Assembly: GCA_963706595.1 (NCBI GenBank)
Contig: OY970166.1
Location: forward strand, 3,232,001 to 3,296,000
Direction: 5' to 3'
Length of the DNA stretch: 64,000 bases
Origin: an uncultured cyanobacterium
GTDB taxonomy: Bacteria > Cyanobacteriota > Cyanobacteriia > Cyanobacteriales > Nostocaceae
Both the position numbers and the translations under genes were made by a program. The notes below the pieces were generated by a model. That model did no database searches. It worked only from the letters and a program-made list of their open reading frames with translations, and was not told the DNA's origin. Shown here one piece after another: positions 54,794-64,000 of this stretch. Each line of letters begins with the position of its first letter. Within the stretch, counting starts at the first letter, position 1.

Positions 54794-55813
54794 CTAAACC
54801 AAAGTATGAATCAGGCGTAAGTTTTCTAAAATAACATCATAAATTTGCCCCAAATTTCCCAAATTATCAGGAAGTAATAACTCCCGCACAGGAACAGTTT
54901 TTGCCAATTGACCTAATTCTTGAAACTCCTGTCTACACTGTTGAGAAGAGAGGAAAGCACGCCCATAGGAATTGAACATTAGATGCTTCATTGCTTCAGG
55001 CAGAGAAAGAGAATTAATTATAGGTGCTGTGAGGTTTTGGTCACGTTCTGCTAATATGTACACAGCAAGTAGTGGCAAAGCTTGGGATTGAAACTGCCAC
55101 TGTTCGCTATCTTTTATTTGCAAATCTATAAAGCGTTTATCTAGATTTGTTGATACCAGTGATAACTCTTCTATTGAGCCGTGAATGGCATTTACAGAAT
55201 TAGGCCACAGGCGTAGACGAGGATACGCAGATTGTACCCAAAAACTTTTTTCATCAGGAATAAGTGCGGCAATATCATCTGCTAATACGGAGAATCCACG
55301 GATAGCCAACGCTGCTGCTGTGGTTGATTTACCTGCGCCTGATTGTCCTAAAATGGCGATCGCACTACCATCAACCGCAACCACGCTAGCATGAAGACAG
55401 GTCACTCCCCGCAGCCGTAACAGATGACCAAGTACACAACCCAGCAGCAAAGATACCGCATCTGTAAATAGTGCATCTCTAGACCAAAAACCCCAAACTT
55501 GACTACCATCAGGATTCAAGATGAATTCCAAGCAATCAACTCCATCACAAGACCTTATCCTCCAGTAAGTGCCGTCATCCCGGTGCGTCGTCCACAAATG
55601 GAAGCCTGTTTGTTGATACCACTCAAGCGGCACATTCCAAAAAGTTTGGTCGAGTAATGGCGGTTGACTCTGCTGTTCACCAACTAGGTGAATAGCAACA
55701 TCTATCGGTGCAGAACTGTTAACAGTAACTAACCCTGGGAGCAGTCGATTAATAGATAGGTTGAGTCCATAAAATTGATAGCAATAATTATCGTTTTTAA
55801 TTGACATTTGCAT
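54794..55813 (-). CDS. HPr-kinase-like peptide kinase (PadeK/PsmK type)
   Basis: LHASVV, Walker A GQSGAGKSTT, LADD; lasso-cluster context. Confidence 0.85.
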   Translation of the reverse strand: MQMSIKNDNYCYQFYGLNLSINRLLPGLVTVNSSAPIDVAIHLVGEQQSQPPLLDQTFWNVPLEWYQQTGFHLWTTHRDDGTYWRIRSCDGVDCLEFILNPDGSQVWGFWSRDALFTDAVSLLLGCVLGHLLRLRGVTCLHASVVAVDGSAIAILGQSGAGKSTTAAALAIRGFSVLADDIAALIPDEKSFWVQSAYPRLRLWPNSVNAIHGSIEELSLVSTNLDKRFIDLQIKDSEQWQFQSQALPLLAVYILAERDQNLTAPIINSLSLPEAMKHLMFNSYGRAFLSSQQCRQEFQELGQLAKTVPVRELLLPDNLGNLGQIYDVILENLRLIHTLV

Positions 55814-56009
55814 TTGTATTTATTTTTATCTGCAAACTCAGGAGTTTCAGAACCCCGATTTTTTGAGAAAGTTGGGGTTCTTTTGGCAAGGACTAACTTA
55901 CACACTTTATGTTCACAAAATGTTAAGGAAAAGGATAGGTAAAAAATCCCTTTTAGTCTAGATTTATAGGCACTTTTCTAACCACCTTTATTGGGTACTA
56001 CCAAAAAAA

Positions 56010-56132
56010 CTAAAAAGTGGTACTAACAAAACCACCGCTACCACCCACTTGTTGTGTCAAACCAGATATTTTTCCGTGAGCTTTCAATTCTGGTTGAGAA
56101 TATTTTTTTTTCGTGTTTTCAGATTGTGACAT
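56010..56132 (-). CDS. Lasso-type RiPP precursor peptide (40 aa, absent from the ORF track)
   Basis: MSQSENTKKKYSQPELKAHGKISGLTQ-QVGGSGGFVSTTF; leader matches YxxPxLxxxGxxxxxTx; AAGGA 8 nt upstream. Confidence 0.85.
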   Translation of the reverse strand: MSQSENTKKKYSQPELKAHGKISGLTQQVGGSGGFVSTTF

Positions 56133-56444
56133 TTGATCAATCCTTGTTGTTTGCGTTTTACTTGTTTGTAATTATCAGACTATAAAATATTACACTAATT
56201 CATCTCAATTGATTTATAAATTTCATGTAAAGTTATTACTATTTTCTGTGATCAAAAATTGCAACTAAAAATTGCCAAAGTCTATATTTACAGCTTTGTA
56301 AAAAATATTTTAATAAACAAAAATTCATATATTAATGTGATTTACATAAAAACTCTCCTCAACTATTATTCTTGCCTCTATCCTTTACAGTTAGCTATTT
56401 CGTGACTTATTGGTAAGTTCTAATCAAATTGAGTAATAGAAAAT

Positions 56445-57626
56445 TTAGGCAGAGACTACCTTAGTAGTAGATGCCAAATCTTCATATATTTGGAACATCC
56501 GTTTTTGTAAAATTGCTTCATCATATTCCTCGACAATAACTTGCCGTGCTTGTGCAAGATGTGCTTCTCGCTCTTGGGGAGGTTGATTGACAACTTTAAT
56601 CATTGCCTCTGCTAGAGCATCTGGGTTTTCCGGTTCTACCAAAGTACAAAATTCTTCAATAAAAGTGCCTCGATAAGCTGACAAATCACAGGTAATGACT
56701 GGGCGTTCACAGGCAACTGCTTCAATTAGTGTCGAAGGAAAGGCATCACTGACGGGATAATTGATAATCACATCTGCTAAGTTGTAGCCTGTAGGCATGA
56801 AGTTATAAGGTAGGGCGGGCATCCAGCGCAGATTATCTAATAACCCAAGTTCTTCGGCTTGTTTGCGGATGCTTTCGTAAATAACTACTGCGTCCTCTGC
56901 ACCGGCACGCCCTAGCTTTGAAAAGACGAGTACCGTCGGTTTAGTGAATTGAGGAAAAGCCTGTGCATAGGCTGTAAATATCTGCTCATGGTTGTACAGT
57001 TTAGACCAACCACGGGGCGAAAGCAGAATTGTGGCTTCTTCATCAATCTTCAATATTTCCCGTCGCCATTTTGGTAAATCCTTGGTGACTCCAGTACGAA
57101 AATGTTTAGGGTTTGTCCCTAAAGGAATTAATTCTACCCTTTGATGAGGGTTCAACAGTGCTTTGGATTTTTCTATCAAACTAGGTGTCTCTACAATCAG
57201 CACCCCAGTGTTCTTAAACACTTGGCTAATCCTATCGTTATGCTTGCTTTCTTCCCTTTCTGGTTGTAGTAAATGATTTAAAAAGCCCCAAGCAGAGAGG
57301 ACAAGAGGGCTGAGATTCGCCAGGACACAACACTGGGCGTGCCAACCAATGGCGTGGACATGGATAATATCAGGCTGGAATTCGTCTGCAAGTTTACGTA
57401 ACGGCTCTGCCATTTCCTCGGCCATCTGGTCTTCGTATGGGTAGGTGTTGGTAAACTCCTCTTGATACTTTCGCCAAACAGTGGGGAAATAGCGATAATT
57501 TTGGGGAGCTTCGGTTTCATAGGGGTCTACATCTCCTAGTAGCCAAACTTCATAACCTGCTTTTACGACCCAATCTAAGGGTCTTGTCAAGGCAACACCC
57601 CCAGCACCAATCATCAGTACACGCAT
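56445..57626 (-). CDS. Glycosyltransferase family 4 (GT-B)
   Basis: PDIIHVH, DAFPSTLIEAVACERPVI, LVEPENPDALAEA. Confidence 0.88.
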   Translation of the reverse strand: MRVLMIGAGGVALTRPLDWVVKAGYEVWLLGDVDPYETEAPQNYRYFPTVWRKYQEEFTNTYPYEDQMAEEMAEPLRKLADEFQPDIIHVHAIGWHAQCCVLANLSPLVLSAWGFLNHLLQPEREESKHNDRISQVFKNTGVLIVETPSLIEKSKALLNPHQRVELIPLGTNPKHFRTGVTKDLPKWRREILKIDEEATILLSPRGWSKLYNHEQIFTAYAQAFPQFTKPTVLVFSKLGRAGAEDAVVIYESIRKQAEELGLLDNLRWMPALPYNFMPTGYNLADVIINYPVSDAFPSTLIEAVACERPVITCDLSAYRGTFIEEFCTLVEPENPDALAEAMIKVVNQPPQEREAHLAQARQVIVEEYDEAILQKRMFQIYEDLASTTKVVSA

Positions 57627-57647
57627 AATTTGATTTTTTGCTTCAAG

Positions 57648-57938
57648 TTAAGAATCAGTAATTTCCACTAGTCCAACCTTAACCAATTTATCAATAAACT
57701 TGAGCAAGTCTTGTTTTAATTTCTCTGGCTCGACATCATACTCTTTTAGCAAGGTGTCGTAAGCTGTCTGGATAGAATCTGACTCAGTTAGCACAAAGAA
57801 TATTTTTGTACCTACCTCGTTTTGGCTAAAATATTCTTCGCTTTGCAGATTCAGTAAAACTGATTCCCCTGCTAAGTCTTGAGTGAGAACATTTGCAGGT
57901 AAGGATACTTTTTGATTAAAAACTATTTGTGTTGTCAT
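57648..57938 (-). CDS. PqqD-family RiPP recognition element (lasso B1)
   Basis: GESVLLNL..YFSQNEVG..EYDV..LKQDLLKFIDKL..GLV. Confidence 0.92.
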   Translation of the reverse strand: MTTQIVFNQKVSLPANVLTQDLAGESVLLNLQSEEYFSQNEVGTKIFFVLTESDSIQTAYDTLLKEYDVEPEKLKQDLLKFIDKLVKVGLVEITDS

Positions 57939-58119
57939 TTGTTAGGAAAAGTAATGGTTATGGTTGATTTCCAAAAGCCGCACACTCGTGACGAATAGTC
58001 ATGAGTTAGGCGATCCATATTCTGTTAGTAGGGGTGAAATGAGCATCCGTTCTGAAATTTACGCTAAGGACTTGATGAGTCACAATATTCAAAGATACTC
58101 ATATTATCAATTTTCGCCA

Positions 58120-58557
58120 ATGCCCACTAAACATCCAAATACTAAAACTCTGATCACAGCTTGTGACTGGCCAATTGAGCAATTACCTGGATTAAGTCAA
58201 GAAGAACAAGCCAAACTGCAAAATTGTGGAATTAAAACCACCAAAGAGTTAATTAAACACGGAAACACTGCGGAAACGAGGGTAAATTTAGCAAAAAAAT
58301 TACAAGTTAATCTGCAATATGTCAATAAATGGATCGCCTTAGCCGATTTAGCGCGTATTCCTGGTATAGGAATGCAATATTCCGGCTTATTACTGCATTC
58401 TGGTATTGCTTCTGTGGCACAACTAGCTCAAACACCTACCCATAGATTACATAAACAAATTATGCGCCTACAGGTATCAACAACGCAGCGACGAGACTTG
58501 TGTCCCACCATTGATGTAGTAGAACAATGGAGTCAACAAGCAAAACAAATCACCTAA
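58120..58557 (+). CDS. DUF4332-like HhH protein
   Basis: IEQLPGL, LADLARIPGIG, LLLHSGIASVAQLA; internal ATG chosen as start. Confidence 0.8.
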   Translation: MPTKHPNTKTLITACDWPIEQLPGLSQEEQAKLQNCGIKTTKELIKHGNTAETRVNLAKKLQVNLQYVNKWIALADLARIPGIGMQYSGLLLHSGIASVAQLAQTPTHRLHKQIMRLQVSTTQRRDLCPTIDVVEQWSQQAKQIT

Positions 58558-58598
58558 AACGCCTTCATCCGCGTTCATCTGCGTTTATCGGCGTTCAA

Positions 58599-59213
58599 TT
58601 ATTCTTTAGCCAACACACCATTGAGAAAGATATCAGCTAATCCTTCAGCCATTTGCTGCATTTCTTGAGGTGAAGCGTCTGGAGCCATGAGGGTATTATT
58701 AGAAAATCCGGCGATCGCAAACATTCCCAAAAACACCTTAGCGACTAATTTAGCATCAGTTTGGCGATAAATACCCTTATCCATCGCAGATTGAAAGAAA
58801 GCTTCAGCCACATCAGTCATTTTACCAATGACTTCTTCTTGAATGCGATCGCGCAAATCTGGATGAAACTGCACCTCCATAAAACAAACCTTCATTAAAT
58901 CTACATTTTTGTGTAAATTCCACATCCGACGACGCATGACTTGAGCGATCGCCTTATAACTGCCCATTTCACTCAACTCTGTGAGCAAATCTGTTAAGAT
59001 GTCCACCCAGCCACTAGTAGCTACTTCCACTAAAATAGATTTTTTATTGGAAAAATGACGAAACAAAGTGCCTTCAGCCACATTTGCAGCTTGGGCTAAA
59101 TCGCGGGTGGTAGTGCCATCAAATCCCTTAGAAGCAAATAACTTCTGTGCCGCCTGTAAAATGCGGGTACGTGTTTGTGCTTCTGAAGGTGGAGGTGAAT
59201 TAAAAACTCGCAT
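58599..59213 (-). CDS. TetR-family transcriptional regulator
   Basis: GFDGTTTRDLAQAANVAEGTLFRHFSNK. Confidence 0.93.
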   Translation of the reverse strand: MRVFNSPPPSEAQTRTRILQAAQKLFASKGFDGTTTRDLAQAANVAEGTLFRHFSNKKSILVEVATSGWVDILTDLLTELSEMGSYKAIAQVMRRRMWNLHKNVDLMKVCFMEVQFHPDLRDRIQEEVIGKMTDVAEAFFQSAMDKGIYRQTDAKLVAKVFLGMFAIAGFSNNTLMAPDASPQEMQQMAEGLADIFLNGVLAKE

Positions 59214-59411
59214 ATAAATTATTGTGTGATCTTCGGAACGCGACTTGTATCATTATTGTCTAACGTTCAGGTACAAAAAGCGCAGAAAGCTTAATACAAG
59301 GTTAATTACAGTCTAAAAAAGATTCCGGCTCCCTCTCCTTGCTAAGGAGAGGGTTGGGGTGAGGTTTTAGCTCCCACAGGATATTTATCAGATAATGGAA
59401 CTTTAATTTTA

Positions 59412-61025
59412 TTGTCGCTTATGAATCAACCCAATTATTCAACGATCAGATTGCGCCAGCTCGTGACCATTTTGATGGTACTCGTAATTTGCTGGTCGGG
59501 GTTACTTCCAGACATAGCTCTGGCACAAACTCAAACTGCAAATCCTCTCCAAAGAATTCGGCAATTTCGTCAAACTCCACCAAAGCCAAATTCGATTCAA
59601 CCGTATTTAGATCGGGTAATTGAGCAATTAACGGAGTTTCGCCTAGAAAATGGGTTGAAATTCATCGTCTTGGAACGGCATCAAGCCCCTGTAGTTTCGT
59701 TTCTGACTTACGCTGATGTGGGTGGTGTGGATGAGCCAGAAGGACAAACTGGTGTAGCCCACTTTCTAGAGCATTTAGCATTTAAAGGCACGACGCGCAT
59801 CGGCACAAAAGACTACGAAGCCGAAAAACTGTTACTCGACCGCTTAGAACAATTAGATGCTCAAATTAGAACCGCAAAAGCCGATGGTAAACAAGATGAT
59901 GCGACTCAATTGCAAACTGAATTTAAGCAAGTAGAGTCCCAAGCAGATGCACTAGTTAGACAGAATGAACTGGGGCAAATTGTCAACCAATCCGGCGGTG
60001 TAGGTTTAAATGCTACTACTTCAGCAGAAGCAACTAAGTATTTTTACAGTTTCCCTGCAAATAAGTTGAAGCTATGGATGTCATTGGAATCAGAGCGATT
60101 TTTAGAGCCTGTGGTGCGGCGCGAGTTTTACAAAGAAAAAGATGTGATTTTAGAAGAACGGCGGATGCGGGTAGATAATTCGCCTATCGGGATGATGGTG
60201 GAGAATTTTGTGGCTACTGCTTTCACCGTCCATCCCTACAAACGACCGGTGATTGGTTATGAAGAAGATATCCGCAATCTCACACCGGAAAATGTCCAAA
60301 ACTTTTTTGATGCTCACTATGTACCGAGTAATTTAACCATTGCTATTGTTGGAGATGTTGATCCGGCGGAAGTGAAAAGACTGGCAAAAATTTATTTTGG
60401 CCGCTATCGAGATCAACCACAAGCAAAGTCCAGTATTCCGGCTGAACCACCACAAACGCAAACACGAGAATTTACTTTAGAACTAGCTTCTCAGCCTTGG
60501 TATTTGGAAGGCTATCACCGCCCATCAGTTAGCCATCCCGATAATGCAGCGTATGAAATGATTGGTGGTTTATTAAGTAATGGGCGCACGTCGCGTTTGT
60601 ATAAATCTTTGGTAGAGCAGCAGCGTTTAGCATTAAATGCTCAGGGTTTTAGTGGCTTTCCTGGGGATAAATACCCAAATTTGATGTTATTTTACGCTCT
60701 CACTGCTCCTGGTAACACAGTGGATGAAGTAGCAGTAGCTTTGCGACAAGAAATCGACAAATTGAAAGTTGAACCTGTGGCGGCGGCTGATTTGCAACGG
60801 GTGAAAACCCAAGCACGGGCGAGTTTGTTACGTAGCCTTAATTCCAATATGGGGATGGCGCAGCAGTTATTGGAAGCAGAGGTGAAAACTGGTTCTTGGC
60901 GGAATTTGTTTAAACAATTAGATGAGATTTCGCAAGTGACAACAGCTGATATTCAACGGGTGGCGAAGGCGACTTTTACACCGGAGAATCGCACAATTGG
61001 CAAGTTGTTGTCGAAACAAGGATAA
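59412..61025 (+). CDS. M16 zinc peptidase, catalytic subunit
   Basis: GVAHFLEH (HxxEH), LNATTS, signal peptide. Confidence 0.92.
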   Translation: MSLMNQPNYSTIRLRQLVTILMVLVICWSGLLPDIALAQTQTANPLQRIRQFRQTPPKPNSIQPYLDRVIEQLTEFRLENGLKFIVLERHQAPVVSFLTYADVGGVDEPEGQTGVAHFLEHLAFKGTTRIGTKDYEAEKLLLDRLEQLDAQIRTAKADGKQDDATQLQTEFKQVESQADALVRQNELGQIVNQSGGVGLNATTSAEATKYFYSFPANKLKLWMSLESERFLEPVVRREFYKEKDVILEERRMRVDNSPIGMMVENFVATAFTVHPYKRPVIGYEEDIRNLTPENVQNFFDAHYVPSNLTIAIVGDVDPAEVKRLAKIYFGRYRDQPQAKSSIPAEPPQTQTREFTLELASQPWYLEGYHRPSVSHPDNAAYEMIGGLLSNGRTSRLYKSLVEQQRLALNAQGFSGFPGDKYPNLMLFYALTAPGNTVDEVAVALRQEIDKLKVEPVAAADLQRVKTQARASLLRSLNSNMGMAQQLLEAEVKTGSWRNLFKQLDEISQVTTADIQRVAKATFTPENRTIGKLLSKQG

Positions 61026-62577
61026 GACAATGAACCGCACAGACACAGAGGACAGGTCAAGCAAAAGGCAGATGGGATTAAGAATGTTCAATTTAAAATT
61101 GAGGTTGGGTAAGAGTAAGGGACTATTTTATAGTTTGATTCTGGCTGTTGCCTGTTTATTGGTCAGTTTTAACTTTTCTTTGGCGGCGACGGCGGCGGCG
61201 AAGCATTATACTGAGTTGGAACTTGCGCCGTTACCTGAGATTAAGTTGCCTAAAAATGAGCGCTTTGTTCTCAAAAACGGTTTGGTTGTGTATTTGATGG
61301 AGGATCACGATCTGCCGTTGGTGAATGGTACGGCTTTGATTCGCACAGGCGATCGCTTAGAACCAGCTGATAAAATCGGGTTGGCTGGTTTTACGGGTGC
61401 GGTGATGCGGACTGGGGGAACTCAGAAGCATTCGGCTGATCAAATCAATCAGATTTTGGAACAACGCGCTGCTAGTGTGGAAACTGCAATTGGTGAAGCT
61501 TCCGGTAGTGCTGGTTTTGAGTCTCTGACTGAAGATTTAGAAACAGTGTTTGATTTGTTTGCCGAGGTACTAAGAGAGCCTGTATTTGACCAAAAACAGT
61601 TAGATTTAGCAAAAACTCAGGCTAGGGGTGGTATTGCCCGTCGTAACGATGATCCAGACGATATTGCTAGCCGGGAATTTCAGAAATTAATTTATGGTCA
61701 AGATAGCCCCTATGCTCGCACACCTGAGTATGCGACGCTGGATAATATTTCTCGTGAGGATTTAGTTCAGTTTTACCAGGAATATTTTCATCCCAATCAG
61801 ATGATTTTGGGAATTGTGGGGGATTTTGAACCGCAAAAAATGCGATCGCTCATTCAAGCTAAGTTTGGTGATTGGGAACGTTCCCCTCAAATGACTCAGC
61901 CCCAATTATCCGAGGTAAAGCCAGCGAATACAGGTGGTGTATTTTTTGTCAATCAACCACAACTAACTCAGAGTAGTGTATTGATGGGGCATATCGGCGG
62001 TAAGTTTGACAATCCTGATTATGCCGCCTTGGATGTCTTGAATGGGGTATTAAATGGATTTGGTGGACGCTTATTAAATGAAGTGCGATCGCGCCAAGGA
62101 TTAGCATACTCTGTATATGGTTACTGGAGTCCTCGCTTCGATTATCCAGGAATGTTTATCGCCGGCGGACAAACGCGATCGGATGCTACAGTCCAGTTTG
62201 TCCAAGCCTTACAGACTGAAATCAAGCGTATCCAAGCCCAACCTGTTACCGCCCAGGAACTAGCTTATGCCAAAGAGTCTACCCTCAACTCCTTTGTCTT
62301 CAACTTCCAAGACCCCGCTCAAACTTTATCACGGTTGATGCGATACGAATATTACGGCTATCCGGCTGATTTCTTATTTCGCTATCAAAAAGCCGTAGCC
62401 GCCACAACAGAAGCTGATGTGCAACGGGTAGCGCGAGAATACCTCAAACCAGAAAAACTGGTGACTCTAGTCGTGGGGAATCAGACCGCCATACAACCGC
62501 CATTAACACAGTTAGCTGCATCAGTAACGCCCATAGATGTGACAATTCCAGGTTCACAAACACAGGCGCAAAATTAA
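60997..62577 (+). CDS. M16 peptidase, non-catalytic partner subunit
   Basis: No HxxEH; RLLNEVRSRQGLAYSV motif; true start probably downstream. Confidence 0.88.
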   Translation: MASCCRNKDKTMNRTDTEDRSSKRQMGLRMFNLKLRLGKSKGLFYSLILAVACLLVSFNFSLAATAAAKHYTELELAPLPEIKLPKNERFVLKNGLVVYLMEDHDLPLVNGTALIRTGDRLEPADKIGLAGFTGAVMRTGGTQKHSADQINQILEQRAASVETAIGEASGSAGFESLTEDLETVFDLFAEVLREPVFDQKQLDLAKTQARGGIARRNDDPDDIASREFQKLIYGQDSPYARTPEYATLDNISREDLVQFYQEYFHPNQMILGIVGDFEPQKMRSLIQAKFGDWERSPQMTQPQLSEVKPANTGGVFFVNQPQLTQSSVLMGHIGGKFDNPDYAALDVLNGVLNGFGGRLLNEVRSRQGLAYSVYGYWSPRFDYPGMFIAGGQTRSDATVQFVQALQTEIKRIQAQPVTAQELAYAKESTLNSFVFNFQDPAQTLSRLMRYEYYGYPADFLFRYQKAVAATTEADVQRVAREYLKPEKLVTLVVGNQTAIQPPLTQLAASVTPIDVTIPGSQTQAQN

Positions 62578-62826
62578 AACTTACCTAGAGACGCGATTCA
62601 TCGCGTCTCTATTCCCATGAAAAGACTCAATATAAAAACTGTTAATACTATAAAAAAAATCTCTTTTAAAGACACAATTACTTGAGATTTGTCTAGAAAA
62701 TCACCAAAATTCTATTGACTTTTCTTAATCAAATTGCCAAATATAAAGAATAGATTATAATTTTGCAGCATAATCTTTTTGCAAGTCTTACTGAGTTTCA
62801 CTGTAAGTATTTCAGGAGTTAATTAC

Positions 62827-63087
62827 ATGGCTAGGATAGAAATTGATGACTTGTACCCTAGTAATCATCAACAGCTTCTCAATGAAATAACAGACAGGGA
62901 AATGCAGACAGTGGAGGGACGAGAAGGAAACACAGTCAGCACAGGAATCAATGACCTGAATGAACAATCTTTAGCCAATACATTAGAGCAAAATATCGAT
63001 AATCTTCTTTTTCACCTGAGAAACCAAATGGGTGTAGTGATTTTTGGTGCTAGAAATCAATTTAATCAAGGATTCAATTCTTTTTAA
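62827..63087 (+). CDS. Small putative bacteriocin/RiPP-like precursor (GR variant of the GG leader)
   Basis: MARIEIDDL..LLNEITDREMQTVEGR; CAGGAG RBS upstream. Confidence 0.65.
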   Translation: MARIEIDDLYPSNHQQLLNEITDREMQTVEGREGNTVSTGINDLNEQSLANTLEQNIDNLLFHLRNQMGVVIFGARNQFNQGFNSF

Positions 63088-63357
63088 TTAATTTTGATAT
63101 TCAAATAACCATCCATTTTGCGTTTAAATTTATTTAAATTTTGAAAATTTCTGATAAAAATCAATAGCCACGATAGCAATATTCAATGGTTTGCAAACAC
63201 CGCGAGGCTCAGATCCCCGACTTCTTGAAGAAGTCGGGGATTTTTATTTATTGAAAACTCTGGTTTCTTCAAGACACTGGGCTTTTGAAGTCTCACAATA
63301 TATTCCAGCGACTATTAAATCTACATTTTGTATGTTGCAATTATTCAAAGAAGTGTT

Positions 63358-63461
63358 ATGGCGGTATGTACTTCAATGAAGTACATCATAGCCCCCTCCT
63401 CGCTTGCGGGGAGGGGGTTGGGGGTGGGGTTCTTGTATCTCACTTAACTGATAACCGCTAT
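63358..63461. mobile_element. MITE-like element
   Basis: Ends ATGGCGGT / ACCGCTAT; internal GC hairpin; near-identical partial copy at 42507. Confidence 0.6.
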
Positions 63462-63663
63462 AGTCTCAATTCAAAAACATGATTTGTCAAATAAAACTGA
63501 TATTTTCAGAAAGACACAACTCTTGAATATATGTCTTTTTTAGGACGAATTTAACCTTGACTTTCTAGTTTTCAATCAATAAAAATGACAGTATCAGTTA
63601 AGCAAACACAGCTTGATTGCTTACCGATTTCATTTACCAGCGACAAATGCTTGAGGAGCTAAT

Positions 63664-63921
63664 ATGGCAAACATCAAATTGTCTAAGCTAAATGCTACTG
63701 GTTCTGAGTTATTCCTAGATTCTGAGAGTTTTCTCAATGAATTGAACGATGTCGATTCAATTACTGGTGGTAGTACCTCTGGTCAAGGTTACAACCAAGG
63801 CCACGGCTATGAAGGATTCAGTGGTATTTCAACACTAACTAAATTAGCCGAGGCATTTGTCACAGTCTATGCGATTGGTCATGTTACCGAGCTAGCCAAG
63901 TCATTCAGCCACGGATACTAA
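63664..63921 (+). CDS. Double-glycine-leader bacteriocin/RiPP-like precursor
   Basis: MANIKLSKLNATGSELFLDSESFLNELNDVDSITGG then a Gly/Ser/His-containing core; GAGGAG RBS. Confidence 0.75.
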   Translation: MANIKLSKLNATGSELFLDSESFLNELNDVDSITGGSTSGQGYNQGHGYEGFSGISTLTKLAEAFVTVYAIGHVTELAKSFSHGY

Positions 63922-64000
63922 TGGCTTCAGGTAACTAGTAAGCTATCAGGCTCTTGCGGATTAGAGCTAATAAGTAATCTATGTGATTAACATGGACTTT

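Noticed and set aside
63191..63482. Two short ORFs between the precursor genes
   Set aside because: They translate hairpin and MITE repeat sequence and lack the leader motif.

Overview
64 kb of chromosome from a heterocyst-forming cyanobacterium (Nostocales). The evidence is dense HIP1 GCGATCGC octamers, STRR heptamer tracts, and a hetC-hetP locus with a HetR-type box. Most of the window is housekeeping: mtnA, dxs, rpiA, rsmE, sir, cutA, phoH, KH protein, rpsP, ffh, pepP, two M16 peptidases and tRNAs Arg(TCT), Thr(GGT), Tyr(GTA). Main accessory finding: a HIP1-poor, about 8 kb lasso-type RiPP cluster (49939-57938) with PqqD/B1, two glycosyltransferases, an HPr-kinase-like enzyme, an epimerase, B2 protease, ABC exporter and nucleotidyltransferase. 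It includes an unannotated 40-aa precursor (56010-56132) with a canonical lasso leader. No lasso cyclase is present, the core as written lacks the ring-closing Asp/Glu, and three other genes carry visible lesions. Other points: a HetC with Ser at the usual catalytic Cys position; a lone tyrosine integrase with arm-type repeats between convergent tRNAs; an intact IS4/IS50-type element with TIRs and a 10-bp TSD; a probable non-autonomous IS200/IS605 derivative; several MITEs and REP-like hairpins; and two double-glycine-type precursor genes sharing a positionally identical palindromic operator. All calls come from reading the sequence; no database searches were run.
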